Source of the DNA: Elusimicrobiota bacterium
GTDB taxonomy: Bacteria; Elusimicrobiota; Elusimicrobia; Elusimicrobiales; UBA9959
NCBI GenBank assembly: GCA_037137395.1
Contig: JBAXKK010000016.1
Span: 1-38,198, forward strand
Reading direction: 5' to 3'
DNA: 38,198 nucleotides
How positions within the stretch are numbered: position 1 is the first letter of the stretch; the number at the start of each line of letters is the position of its first letter. Of this stretch, positions 27,707 through 35,569 are shown one piece after another. The notes beneath the pieces are model-generated. The model searched no databases. It was not told the DNA's origin and saw nothing but the letters and a program-made list of their open reading frames with translations. Made by a program: the position numbers and the translations under genes.

Positions 27707-29276
27707 GATTGTTCCGTAAGTGTTCAAGTTGCGCGATCTGTTGATCAACTCTGCTCTCGCAGTTTGTTTTTTCTTTAATACCCGCTTTATCCAGAATTAG
27801 CTTAGCCGCCGCCAGGACTTTATCGGGGGTGATCATGCGCATGCAGAGAAAATGCCCGCGCGGGCATTTATTTGAGCCGTGCAGTGCGCAGGGGCGGCAG
27901 GCGAGCTCTTCTTCCAGCACCAGATTGTTGTTGCCATAGGGGAAAAAGCCCAGTTCCCGCGTGGTCGGACCGAAGATGGCCGCCACCGGCACCCCGAAGG
28001 CGACTGCGATATGCATGGGGCCTGAGTCGTTGGTTATAAACAGTTTAAGGCTTTTTATCAGGGCCATCAGGTCATCCATTCCTGTTTTGCCGGTTAGATT
28101 GAGGACCGAGTCTGGCGCGGCGGCCTTTTCTATTTCAGCATTCCACGCCACTTCGTTTTTGCCTCCCACCAGCAGCACTTTTGTGCCGTACGCCTGCGCC
28201 AGTTCAGTTATCAGGCGGGCCCAATACTCGCGGGGCCAACGCTTTGTCGGCCAGACCGAACCGGGGTTTGCGCCGATAAAAATGGTCTCATTCACTCCCA
28301 GCTCTTTCAGCGCGCCGATTTTTCCGCGGAGTATGGGGAAGGCCGGACTTGTGTCTCCCGCAAGCGGAAGTATCAGGGTCAGGTTTCGCTCAAGGTCGTG
28401 TATAAGCCAGGAAAACGGAACTTTGTGAGTGAATAAAAAACTGCCCGCGCTTGAGTCAAAGCCTATGCGGACCGGAATGCCGGCCAGGCGCGCCAGCAGG
28501 GCGCTGCGCAGAGATCTGTGGGGAACTATTATTATGTCGAAGCGGCGTTGTTTCAACTCTTTAAGAAGACGGAGAAATTCTCCGACAAAGGAACCGGAGG
28601 TTTTTTTATTATCAGTGATAACCTCGGAGGCCAGCCCTGACGAGGCGAAGATTTGCGCCGTTTCAGGGCGGGTCAGTACTGTCACATCCGCGTCCGGCAG
28701 GACTTTTTTTATTTTCTCAAGTAGCGGCAGCGTCAGAACGGCGTCTCCGAGAAAGGCGGTTTGAAGCAGGGCTAAGCGCTTGGGGCCATTTTTAAGCGCC
28801 GCAGGACTGGTTTCAAGAACCCAGTCGCCGACCAGCGGCTCCCGGTAAACCGCCGGCACGTCTATGGCGTCAAGTGATTCGAGGTATCTTTCCAGCGTGT
28901 GTTTCTCCAGGGCGGGGCTGGGTACGCGAAAATTTACGAAAAGCCGGCGGGCCATGGAATCCTTGCGGTAGCGCGCCTTACGCTTTATGCCCGAAAAGGC
29001 TGAGAGCAGGCGACTGCGCAGATTGGTGTGCAGGTCTATGAGAATATCGTAGCGCCCCTTTTTTATCGCTCTGAGCGCGGACGCGAAATCGTTAAATGCC
29101 AGGATATCCGAGATGAAGGGGTTTTTCGCCGCGGCCGCGGCAAATTGGGGTTTTACCAACATGGTTATGCGTGCGCCGGGCCAGCGGTGCCTGAGGTTAC
29201 GCAGGACCGGTGCCGTCAGTATTATGTCGCCAAGCGACGACATCCTGATCACGAGTATACGCGGCGCTATTTCCAT
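27699..29276 (-). CDS. waaF: GT9 heptosyltransferase (WaaF-like) carrying an extra N-terminal GT9 acceptor lobe
   Basis: Two N-lobe motifs (RILVIRMSSLGDIILT and RLALLQTAFLGDAVLT) but one C-lobe (NPGSVWPTKRWP, NDSGPMHIA, FGPT). ATG 29276 is preferred over 29492. Confidence 0.8.
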   Translation of the reverse strand: MEIAPRILVIRMSSLGDIILTAPVLRNLRHRWPGARITMLVKPQFAAAAAKNPFISDILAFNDFASALRAIKKGRYDILIDLHTNLRSRLLSAFSGIKRKARYRKDSMARRLFVNFRVPSPALEKHTLERYLESLDAIDVPAVYREPLVGDWVLETSPAALKNGPKRLALLQTAFLGDAVLTLPLLEKIKKVLPDADVTVLTRPETAQIFASSGLASEVITDNKKTSGSFVGEFLRLLKELKQRRFDIIIVPHRSLRSALLARLAGIPVRIGFDSSAGSFLFTHKVPFSWLIHDLERNLTLILPLAGDTSPAFPILRGKIGALKELGVNETIFIGANPGSVWPTKRWPREYWARLITELAQAYGTKVLLVGGKNEVAWNAEIEKAAAPDSVLNLTGKTGMDDLMALIKSLKLFITNDSGPMHIAVAFGVPVAAIFGPTTRELGFFPYGNNNLVLEEELACRPCALHGSNKCPRGHFLCMRMITPDKVLAAAKLILDKAGIKEKTNCESRVDQQIAQLEHLRNNHD

Positions 29277-29289
29277 ATTTAATCCAAAA

Positions 29290-29298
29290 ATTATATCA
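29290..29298 (-). promoter_or_regulatory. Extended -10 TGnTATAAT upstream of the waaF-like gene
   Basis: Minus strand reads TGATATAAT, 13 nt before ATG 29276. Confidence 0.55.
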
Positions 29299-29485
29299 TT
29301 TAAGACAGCGCTGTAGCACGGCAGCAAGATGGCGCCGAAGCGAGAAAGTTGTGACGCTTTTTTACTGCGAATGATCTTTAAAGCTTCCAAATGGTTTCTG
29401 GCTGGTGAGTGACACTCTTTATAACGCGGCGTTGACTGAACGCTCCGCTGCAGGCATCCGCAACAAATATTTAACGTTAATTCTA

Positions 29486-29513
29486 TTGACAATTAACGAC
29501 CAGTCTATATAAT
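29486..29513 (+). promoter_or_regulatory. Consensus sigma70 promoter for the fibre module
   Basis: TTGACA (29486-29491), 16-nt spacer, TATAAT (29508-29513); ATG follows 5 nt later. Confidence 0.8.
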
Positions 29514-29518
29514 ATAGT

Positions 29519-30055
29519 ATGGCCAAGTGGAAAACATCAGCCGTTTACGGGTTAGTCTGCCTTGTGGCGTTAATCTCATACCGGGTAGCCGGAGCCATCC
29601 TCACGTCACCCATCTATCGCATTCTTGTAAATGAACAGACAACTGTCGGCAACACCGCGGCTAAAACGGGAGGGGCTTATTCTCTTCTCGGCGGCACGGG
29701 ACAACTGGGTTACGGAACAATAGGGAGTTCGCGCTACTCAGTTGCCTGGGGAGCTGTGAATTCCTCTCCGCCGCCCCGGGGTGATGTGAACGCCTCTCAT
29801 GTTTACCCCAATCCCTGCAATCTGCGGGAAGGTTGTGTCGCGGTGACTTTTACCCGCCTTACGTTTAAGGCAACGATACGAATCTACACTATTTCCGGAG
29901 AGCTGGTGCGCACAATAGATAAAAATAGTAACTTTGATAACATACTTTGGGATCTGAAAAACGGGAGCGGGCGTCAGGTTGCCAGCGGTTTGTATATTTA
30001 TTTCAACCAGGGCGGCGGCACCTCCAAAAAGGGGAAACTGGTTATAGTCAGATAG
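29519..30055 (+). CDS. Small secreted protein with C-terminal VYPNP (T9SS-CTD/FlgD-Ig-like) domain
   Basis: Signal peptide; Gly-rich segment GGAYSLLGGTGQ; VYPNP...IRIYTISGELVRTI...WDLKNGSGRQVASGLYIY...GKLVIVR. Confidence 0.8.
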   Translation: MAKWKTSAVYGLVCLVALISYRVAGAILTSPIYRILVNEQTTVGNTAAKTGGAYSLLGGTGQLGYGTIGSSRYSVAWGAVNSSPPPRGDVNASHVYPNPCNLREGCVAVTFTRLTFKATIRIYTISGELVRTIDKNSNFDNILWDLKNGSGRQVASGLYIYFNQGGGTSKKGKLVIVR

Positions 30056-30116
30056 TTTTTTGGGACTTAATAGCGTATAGTCTAAATGGTTATGAATTGA
30101 TTACGGGAGAAAGTAT

Positions 30117-33100
30117 ATGAGAATGTTTAGGAACACAATCGCGACGCTCGGACTACTGGGCGTTTTTAATTTTTACGCAGTGGCGGGAGATATAAAGCCC
30201 GGATCAGTACCCGGCACGCTTAATTACCAGGGCCGCCTTGAAAGGGATAACGCGCCCGTCAGCGGACCGGTTTATCTGACTTTCAGGATTTATAATGCCG
30301 TGACCGGCGGCGATCCGGCCGCGTGCGGAAACTCGGGAGCGGCCTGCCGATGGACCAGCGCCGAGGCCGTGGTCAACGCCGTGCAGGGCATTTTTAACGC
30401 GTCAATAACTCCGCCCCTGAGCGTTTTCGCGGCCGGTGAAGCGCTTTATCTTGAAGTACAGGTTGAAAGTGATGTACTGTCTCCCAGAGAGCCGCTGAAC
30501 AGCGTGGCTTACGCCATGGTGGCCAAGAAGCTGGAGGACGGGGCAGCAATTTCGGTCACGACTCTTACCACCACCGGTAATGTCGGTTTGGGCACCAGCT
30601 CTACCGCGAACAGGCTGTCCGTAAGCGGGATAATAAAACTTGTCGGCACCTCCGACGGAATCTGTTTCTCTAACAACACATGCATGTACACCGCTGGAGT
30701 CGGGACCGCGGTCGGCGGCGTTACCAGCCCCGTGGAAAGCATTATGGAATCCGACACCGCGCTGGCCGGCGGTGAAATGATTTTTAAGACTTCAACTGTG
30801 GAGCGGATGCGAATAAAAGACGCTGCTAAAAACGGCAGAATTGGCATAGGTCCGCTCGCTCTGACTGATCCCCTCGGCACCGTAGATATAGATGGGTCGC
30901 TTTATGTGGGTAGCCAGGGCATCTATGACCGGACAGGCGGATCGGTAACCGTAAAAGGGCTTTATGTTCCCGATGGCGGGATAACCGGCGCCAACTCGGA
31001 GTATCTATTAATGGGCAGCGATAATGACGTAATAGCGCTTGTGAGCGGCGGAGCCGAACGGTTGCGCGTTCATTCAAACGGCAATGTCGGCATAGGGCTT
31101 TCAAATCCCACCGACAATCTTCAGGTGGCGGGCGATATATCCTCAGATACCGGCGTCAGGGGCGGAAGAGTCTCTATAGGAGATTATTCGACCTGGACCA
31201 ATCTTACGAATGAGGTGCGCTCCGAAACCGGATACCATCTTCTTCTTCAGCAGACTAATAATTACAATGTCGGCATCGGCACCAATGCCCCTACTGAGAA
31301 ACTCCATGTGCGCGGAAATATTAAGACTGATTACGGGGTTGTCGCGGCCACGGCCGCATTTTCAGATTCGGTTCGGGTTGATAGCGAGGGGAATTTCACA
31401 GCCAACTCAGGCCACGGGAATATGGTCTATCTTTCATCAACCGTAGTGTATGGCACTCTACAGGTGACCGGTGGCGTGGGTTCGGAAAAGGGCCTCCCCG
31501 CTTATCTCACTGATGACAATGTTTTAACCGGGCAGAATGCTTTCACGGGGCTGGTAACGGTTTCAACCGACATGATTGTCGCCAACCGAGTCGGCGTGGG
31601 TGTCAGCGATTTCGATTTCCAGGCCTCCAAATATCTTCAGATAGGTGATAACAAACCGGAGTTTTCAGGAGATGACGCCGCGGCCTACCTGGTGTCCGGG
31701 AGCGCGGCCAACTCTAAACTCTCTTTTTACCGCGGGGCAGCGGAGGCCGCCCGCATCCAGACCAACAGCGGCAACAACCTCTCGCTGGTGATCAATAATT
31801 CCACCAAGTCGGTTGTTGATAGCACGTATTTTCGCATCTACAACAGCGTAGTTCTTATCTCAACCGGCAGCAGTTCCGTAAGCGCGACCACGCCGGCTGT
31901 TTATGTAAGTTCCTCACTGGGCAACATAGGTATGGGCACCTTCATCCTGGATCCGAATCATCGCCTTACCGTCGCCGGCAATATAAGGATTTCGGGCCCC
32001 ACTACAAACGGCCTTATTTTCGCGGATGGCACGACTATGTGGAGCGCGAATGTCGGCTCTGTGGGCTCAGTTTCCAGTAATGATGACGCGGTGGTGCGGG
32101 CTGACGCGAACTCCGACGGCGTAGGCAATGTTGTGCTGCGCGTCGGTAGCGTGGACGGGCTTCTGCTTAACTCCGGCGGCAATATCGGCATAGGCACTTT
32201 AACGCCACTTAGCAGGCTTGATGTCGCCGGCAATCTCAATATCAGCGCCGGTGGAGCCCTGCTAGCCGCGGGCACGGAAAGGATCTCAGCCGGCGGGGTT
32301 TTAACAAATACGACTTGGCACGGCAACGCGGTGGGTATAATTTACGGCGGCACCAATTCCTCCGCCGCCCTCGCGGGAAGCTCGATCATGGTTTCAGACG
32401 GCACCAGTGTTATACAGGGGGACAAAGGCACATCGACCACAGTTTTGCATGGCAACGACGCTGGAACCCCCACCTACTCTGCCGTGTCGCTTGCGGCTGC
32501 CGGAGATGTGACCGGGACTTTAACCGTGGCCAACGGCGGAACAGGACTATCCGCGGGCACTGCCGGTGGTTTACCTTATTATTCAGCGACTAACGAAATA
32601 ACCTCCATGCCGGTTGGCAGCGTTGGGCAGCCGCTTCTTTCAAACAATACCGGCGCTCCGTCCTGGGGAACCCTGAGCGCTTCATACGGCGGAACAGGAC
32701 TCACGGGAGGCACTGCCGGTGGTATTCCATATTTTTCCGCGACTAACGCCATGGCATCCACGTCGGCCGGCACTGCCGATCGGGCGCTTCTTTCAGGCGG
32801 CGCAGGCGCTCCTACCTGGGGACAGGTTTCGCTTACTGCCGCTGTATCGGGCACCCTGCCGATAGCCAACGGCGGCACCAATTCCGCAACCGCCCTCTCG
32901 GGGAGTTCGATCATGGTTTCAAATGGCACCAATATTATACAGGGATCGGCGGGGACAGCGACCACGGTGTTGCATGGCAACATCGGAGGCGTCCCATCCT
33001 ACTCAGCGGTGTCGCTTACGGCGGATGTAAGCGGTATTTTGACGGCAGCTAACGGCGGAACCGAGAACGCCTTTGTTAGATTCACCGGCCCGACCATAAC

Positions 33101-33557
33101 CCCGAAAACATTTACCCTTCCTGATAGAACTGCCATAGTGTTGACGGATGTCAGCACCGTGACGGTAGCCCAGGGCGGAACAGGGCTGAACTCCGGCACT
33201 GCCGGCGGCCTCCCCTATTATTCCGCTACAAACGCTATGGCATCCATGTCGGCCGGCACCTCCGGCCTGGCGCTTCTTTCAGGAGGTTCCGGCGCTCCGT
33301 CGTGGGGACAGGTTTCGCTTACCGCCGCCGTAACCGGCACACTGCCGATAGCCAACGGCGGCACCAATAGCACCTCATTTACTGCCAGTCAGGTTATACG
33401 CATGAATTCTGGCGGCACAGCTCTTGAAAGTCAGGCCGGAGCTACCGCGACCTACAGCATAGCCCGCACGACCACAACAACCGGGACCCCGTGCAATGAT
33501 TGGACTTTTGCGAACGGAGTACTTACAAGTGTTTCAGCGGATAAGGCATGTCCTTAA
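30117..33557 (+). CDS. Secreted 1146-aa phage-tail-fibre-like repeat protein (putative trimeric adhesin)
   Basis: Sec signal; N-terminal LNYQGRL...SVAYA domain; about seven (N/R)(V/I)G(I/L/V/M)G motifs; GTLPIANGGT repeats; GGGAGA RBS. Confidence 0.8.
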   Translation: MRMFRNTIATLGLLGVFNFYAVAGDIKPGSVPGTLNYQGRLERDNAPVSGPVYLTFRIYNAVTGGDPAACGNSGAACRWTSAEAVVNAVQGIFNASITPPLSVFAAGEALYLEVQVESDVLSPREPLNSVAYAMVAKKLEDGAAISVTTLTTTGNVGLGTSSTANRLSVSGIIKLVGTSDGICFSNNTCMYTAGVGTAVGGVTSPVESIMESDTALAGGEMIFKTSTVERMRIKDAAKNGRIGIGPLALTDPLGTVDIDGSLYVGSQGIYDRTGGSVTVKGLYVPDGGITGANSEYLLMGSDNDVIALVSGGAERLRVHSNGNVGIGLSNPTDNLQVAGDISSDTGVRGGRVSIGDYSTWTNLTNEVRSETGYHLLLQQTNNYNVGIGTNAPTEKLHVRGNIKTDYGVVAATAAFSDSVRVDSEGNFTANSGHGNMVYLSSTVVYGTLQVTGGVGSEKGLPAYLTDDNVLTGQNAFTGLVTVSTDMIVANRVGVGVSDFDFQASKYLQIGDNKPEFSGDDAAAYLVSGSAANSKLSFYRGAAEAARIQTNSGNNLSLVINNSTKSVVDSTYFRIYNSVVLISTGSSSVSATTPAVYVSSSLGNIGMGTFILDPNHRLTVAGNIRISGPTTNGLIFADGTTMWSANVGSVGSVSSNDDAVVRADANSDGVGNVVLRVGSVDGLLLNSGGNIGIGTLTPLSRLDVAGNLNISAGGALLAAGTERISAGGVLTNTTWHGNAVGIIYGGTNSSAALAGSSIMVSDGTSVIQGDKGTSTTVLHGNDAGTPTYSAVSLAAAGDVTGTLTVANGGTGLSAGTAGGLPYYSATNEITSMPVGSVGQPLLSNNTGAPSWGTLSASYGGTGLTGGTAGGIPYFSATNAMASTSAGTADRALLSGGAGAPTWGQVSLTAAVSGTLPIANGGTNSATALSGSSIMVSNGTNIIQGSAGTATTVLHGNIGGVPSYSAVSLTADVSGILTAANGGTENAFVRFTGPTITPKTFTLPDRTAIVLTDVSTVTVAQGGTGLNSGTAGGLPYYSATNAMASMSAGTSGLALLSGGSGAPSWGQVSLTAAVTGTLPIANGGTNSTSFTASQVIRMNSGGTALESQAGATATYSIARTTTTTGTPCNDWTFANGVLTSVSADKACP
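32346..33356 (+). repeat. Intragenic modular repeats (A-B-B-A-x-B) in the fibre gene
   Basis: A units start at 32346 and 32871 (GGTNS..AL.GSSIMVS.GT...TTVLHGN). B units start at 32535, 32688 and 33174 (GGTGL..GTAGG.PY.SATN...GAP.WG). Similarity is visible at DNA level. Confidence 0.88.
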
Positions 33558-33573
33558 ACCTGGCAGGTCTGTG

Positions 33574-34857
33574 TTAGAGAGAGGGGAACTGAGAGGTTAT
33601 TTCTTTCAATGTTAGCGCAGTGGCGCCCTTCAACGCTTCAAGTGCCACTTTGGCGGCGACCCCGGCTTCCTTAAGGGCGGCCGGATCTTTGAGAAGTGAA
33701 ATTGTTTTATCGGCAAGCTCATCGGCGGTGCCTACCATAAATCCGCCGTTCTTATCTATAAGAGCCTGGGCGCCTTCCTGAGTATGTTTTATATTCGGGC
33801 CGAAAAGCACAGGCTTAGCGAACGCGGCCGGCTCAAGCACATTATGCCCGCCCGTATTATCCAGAGTTCCTCCCACGAACACGACATCGGAGTAGGAATA
33901 AATATCCGCCAAGCGGCCGAATTCATTCACCAACAGGCAGTCGGGGCCCGGCCGGGCGTGCGCGCGCTGGGACCAAAGCGGGGCTACCAGTCCTTTGCTC
34001 CGTATCCTGGCCGCGGTTTCTGAAGCCGTCTCAGGATGCCTGGGGGCGATTATCATGCGGGTATCCGGGAGAGCCTCCTTAATCTTGAGAAACGCCTCTA
34101 ATATCACATTTTCTTCAGCCGGGTGAGTACTTCCGGCGCAGAATATTTTTTTATCCTTCCAGCCCGCCAACTCGATAAATTCCATAACATCAGCTCGGCC
34201 CTGCGGCTGCAAGTCCACAAGGTCATGTTTAATGTTCCCCGTAAGGCTCAATTTTTTCGCCCCGCCCAGCAGGAGCTCATATCTTTCCAGGTCGCCGCGG
34301 CTCTGCGCAGCTATCTTGCAGATATTGGAGAACATGAGGCGCGCGAGAGGTGAAAACAGCCGGTAAAAGTTCAGGGTGCGGGCTGAGATGCGCGCGTTTA
34401 TTATCATGACTTTAATTCCGGCGCCGCCCGCCGCGTAAAGGAGGTTTGGCCAGAGCTCGGTCTCGGCTACAAGGAGGAGCTCCGGGCGCGCCGCGGATAT
34501 AAAACGACGCATCAGGGGATAGAAATCCAGCGGAAGCAGAAAAGCGTGAGAAGTCAGCCTGAGGGCTTCCGCCCTGCCTGAGGAGGTGGAAGTTGTAATC
34601 ATTATAGGTTTTGACGGGCAGCGCTCCCGCATCATTGGCAGGATTTTGCGGAGCGCCTTTACTTCACCGACCGACGCGGCGTGAAACCAGAGCGGCCGCT
34701 CCGCGAAAGAGGGCACGGTGATGGCGAAGCGCTCGCCAAGTTCCGCCAGCAGGTTGTTCAGCAGGCTGCGCCGGGGGGAAAATAAGAAAAAAACCAGATA
34801 GAGCGCCGCGATAAACGGCGCCAGGAGATTGTAGAGGAGTAATAATAAAAAGCCCAT
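33574..34857 (-). CDS. waaA: 3-deoxy-D-manno-octulosonic acid transferase
   Basis: WFHAASVGE, ETELWPN, INARIS, GNIKHD, GSTH, APRHPE and GGHNVLEPA. Confidence 0.96.
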   Translation of the reverse strand: MGFLLLLLYNLLAPFIAALYLVFFLFSPRRSLLNNLLAELGERFAITVPSFAERPLWFHAASVGEVKALRKILPMMRERCPSKPIMITTSTSSGRAEALRLTSHAFLLPLDFYPLMRRFISAARPELLLVAETELWPNLLYAAGGAGIKVMIINARISARTLNFYRLFSPLARLMFSNICKIAAQSRGDLERYELLLGGAKKLSLTGNIKHDLVDLQPQGRADVMEFIELAGWKDKKIFCAGSTHPAEENVILEAFLKIKEALPDTRMIIAPRHPETASETAARIRSKGLVAPLWSQRAHARPGPDCLLVNEFGRLADIYSYSDVVFVGGTLDNTGGHNVLEPAAFAKPVLFGPNIKHTQEGAQALIDKNGGFMVGTADELADKTISLLKDPAALKEAGVAAKVALEALKGATALTLKEITSQFPSL

Positions 34858-34861
34858 AGTT

Positions 34862-34948
34862 CAAGTACTAAGGATTAGGTGGTAAGGATTAAGTTTGTTA
34901 CTTATGTCTTACAACTTACTACTTACAACTTAATCATTATCACTTAAT
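34862..34948. repeat. Inverted pair of period-7 arrays filling the spacer upstream of waaA
   Basis: CAAGTAC TAAGGAT TAGGTGG TAAGGAT TAAGTTT, then ACTTATG TCTTACA ACTTACT ACTTACA ACTTAAT CATTATC ACTTAAT. Confidence 0.85.
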
Positions 34949-35569
34949 CATCCCCAGCGCCTCGGCCCCAAGCGAGTTTAAAGCCTGCTCCAGCTCCTCT
35001 GTTTTGGCAGGTATTGAATCGGTTTCGGAAACGCTAATGGGGTTGCCATATACAATCGCGGCTTTGCCGAAGGGCAGCGGGAATTCGAAGTTGTCCCAGG
35101 AATTAAAAGTGATTTTATGTGAAAGCCCTACACCCGCCGGCAGTATTTTCATGCCGGTCTTCTGGGCCAGATAGATGACGCCCTGCTGGACTTTTCCCTT
35201 GGGTCCCTTTGGGCCATCCGGCGTAATTGCCACCGGGCAACCGGCGCCCGCGCGCTCTATAAGCTCCATGAGGGACTGGGAGGCGCCGCGGCTGGTTGAA
35301 CCTCTTACGGTATTGTGTCCGAATTTGCGCAGCACCCTGGCCATGTATTCCCCGTCAGCGCTCTTGCTGACCAGCACTGATATGCCCATGCCGCGGTGAG
35401 AATAAAGCATAAAAGCCAGTTGCGAATGCCACAGGGTGTATATAAAGTCGGAGTTTTCGGGCCGGTTCTTCCATTTTAGGCGCGTGGTAGCGCCGGTGAA
35501 TAATATATATAGATGCGCCAAAAATGGCAGGAAGGAATGCAGGGGGCTTGAATGCGTGGACTCATTCAT
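34940..35569 (-). CDS. DUF374 lysophospholipid acyltransferase family protein (LpxJ-like lipid A secondary acyltransferase)
   Basis: WHSQ, LVSKSADGE, VRGSTSRG, ITPDGPKGP and SWDNFEFPLPF; adjacent to waaA. Confidence 0.85.
   Translation of the reverse strand: MNESTHSSPLHSFLPFLAHLYILFTGATTRLKWKNRPENSDFIYTLWHSQLAFMLYSHRGMGISVLVSKSADGEYMARVLRKFGHNTVRGSTSRGASQSLMELIERAGAGCPVAITPDGPKGPKGKVQQGVIYLAQKTGMKILPAGVGLSHKITFNSWDNFEFPLPFGKAAIVYGNPISVSETDSIPAKTEELEQALNSLGAEALGMIK

Noticed and set aside
29277..29492. 72-aa N-terminal extension of the waaF-like ORF
   Set aside because: Covers the divergent promoter region; GT9 homology starts at MEIAPRILV (29276).
30069..30097. Another possible period-7 array between the two fibre-module genes
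   Set aside because: Only two units match (AATAGCG TATAGTC) and the register then breaks.
30117..33557. Prophage interpretation of the tail-fibre-like gene
   Set aside because: No integrase, capsid, tail or lysis genes nearby, and the protein has a Sec signal peptide.
34862..34948. CRISPR-like array
   Set aside because: Units are 7 nt with no unique spacers, and there are no cas genes.
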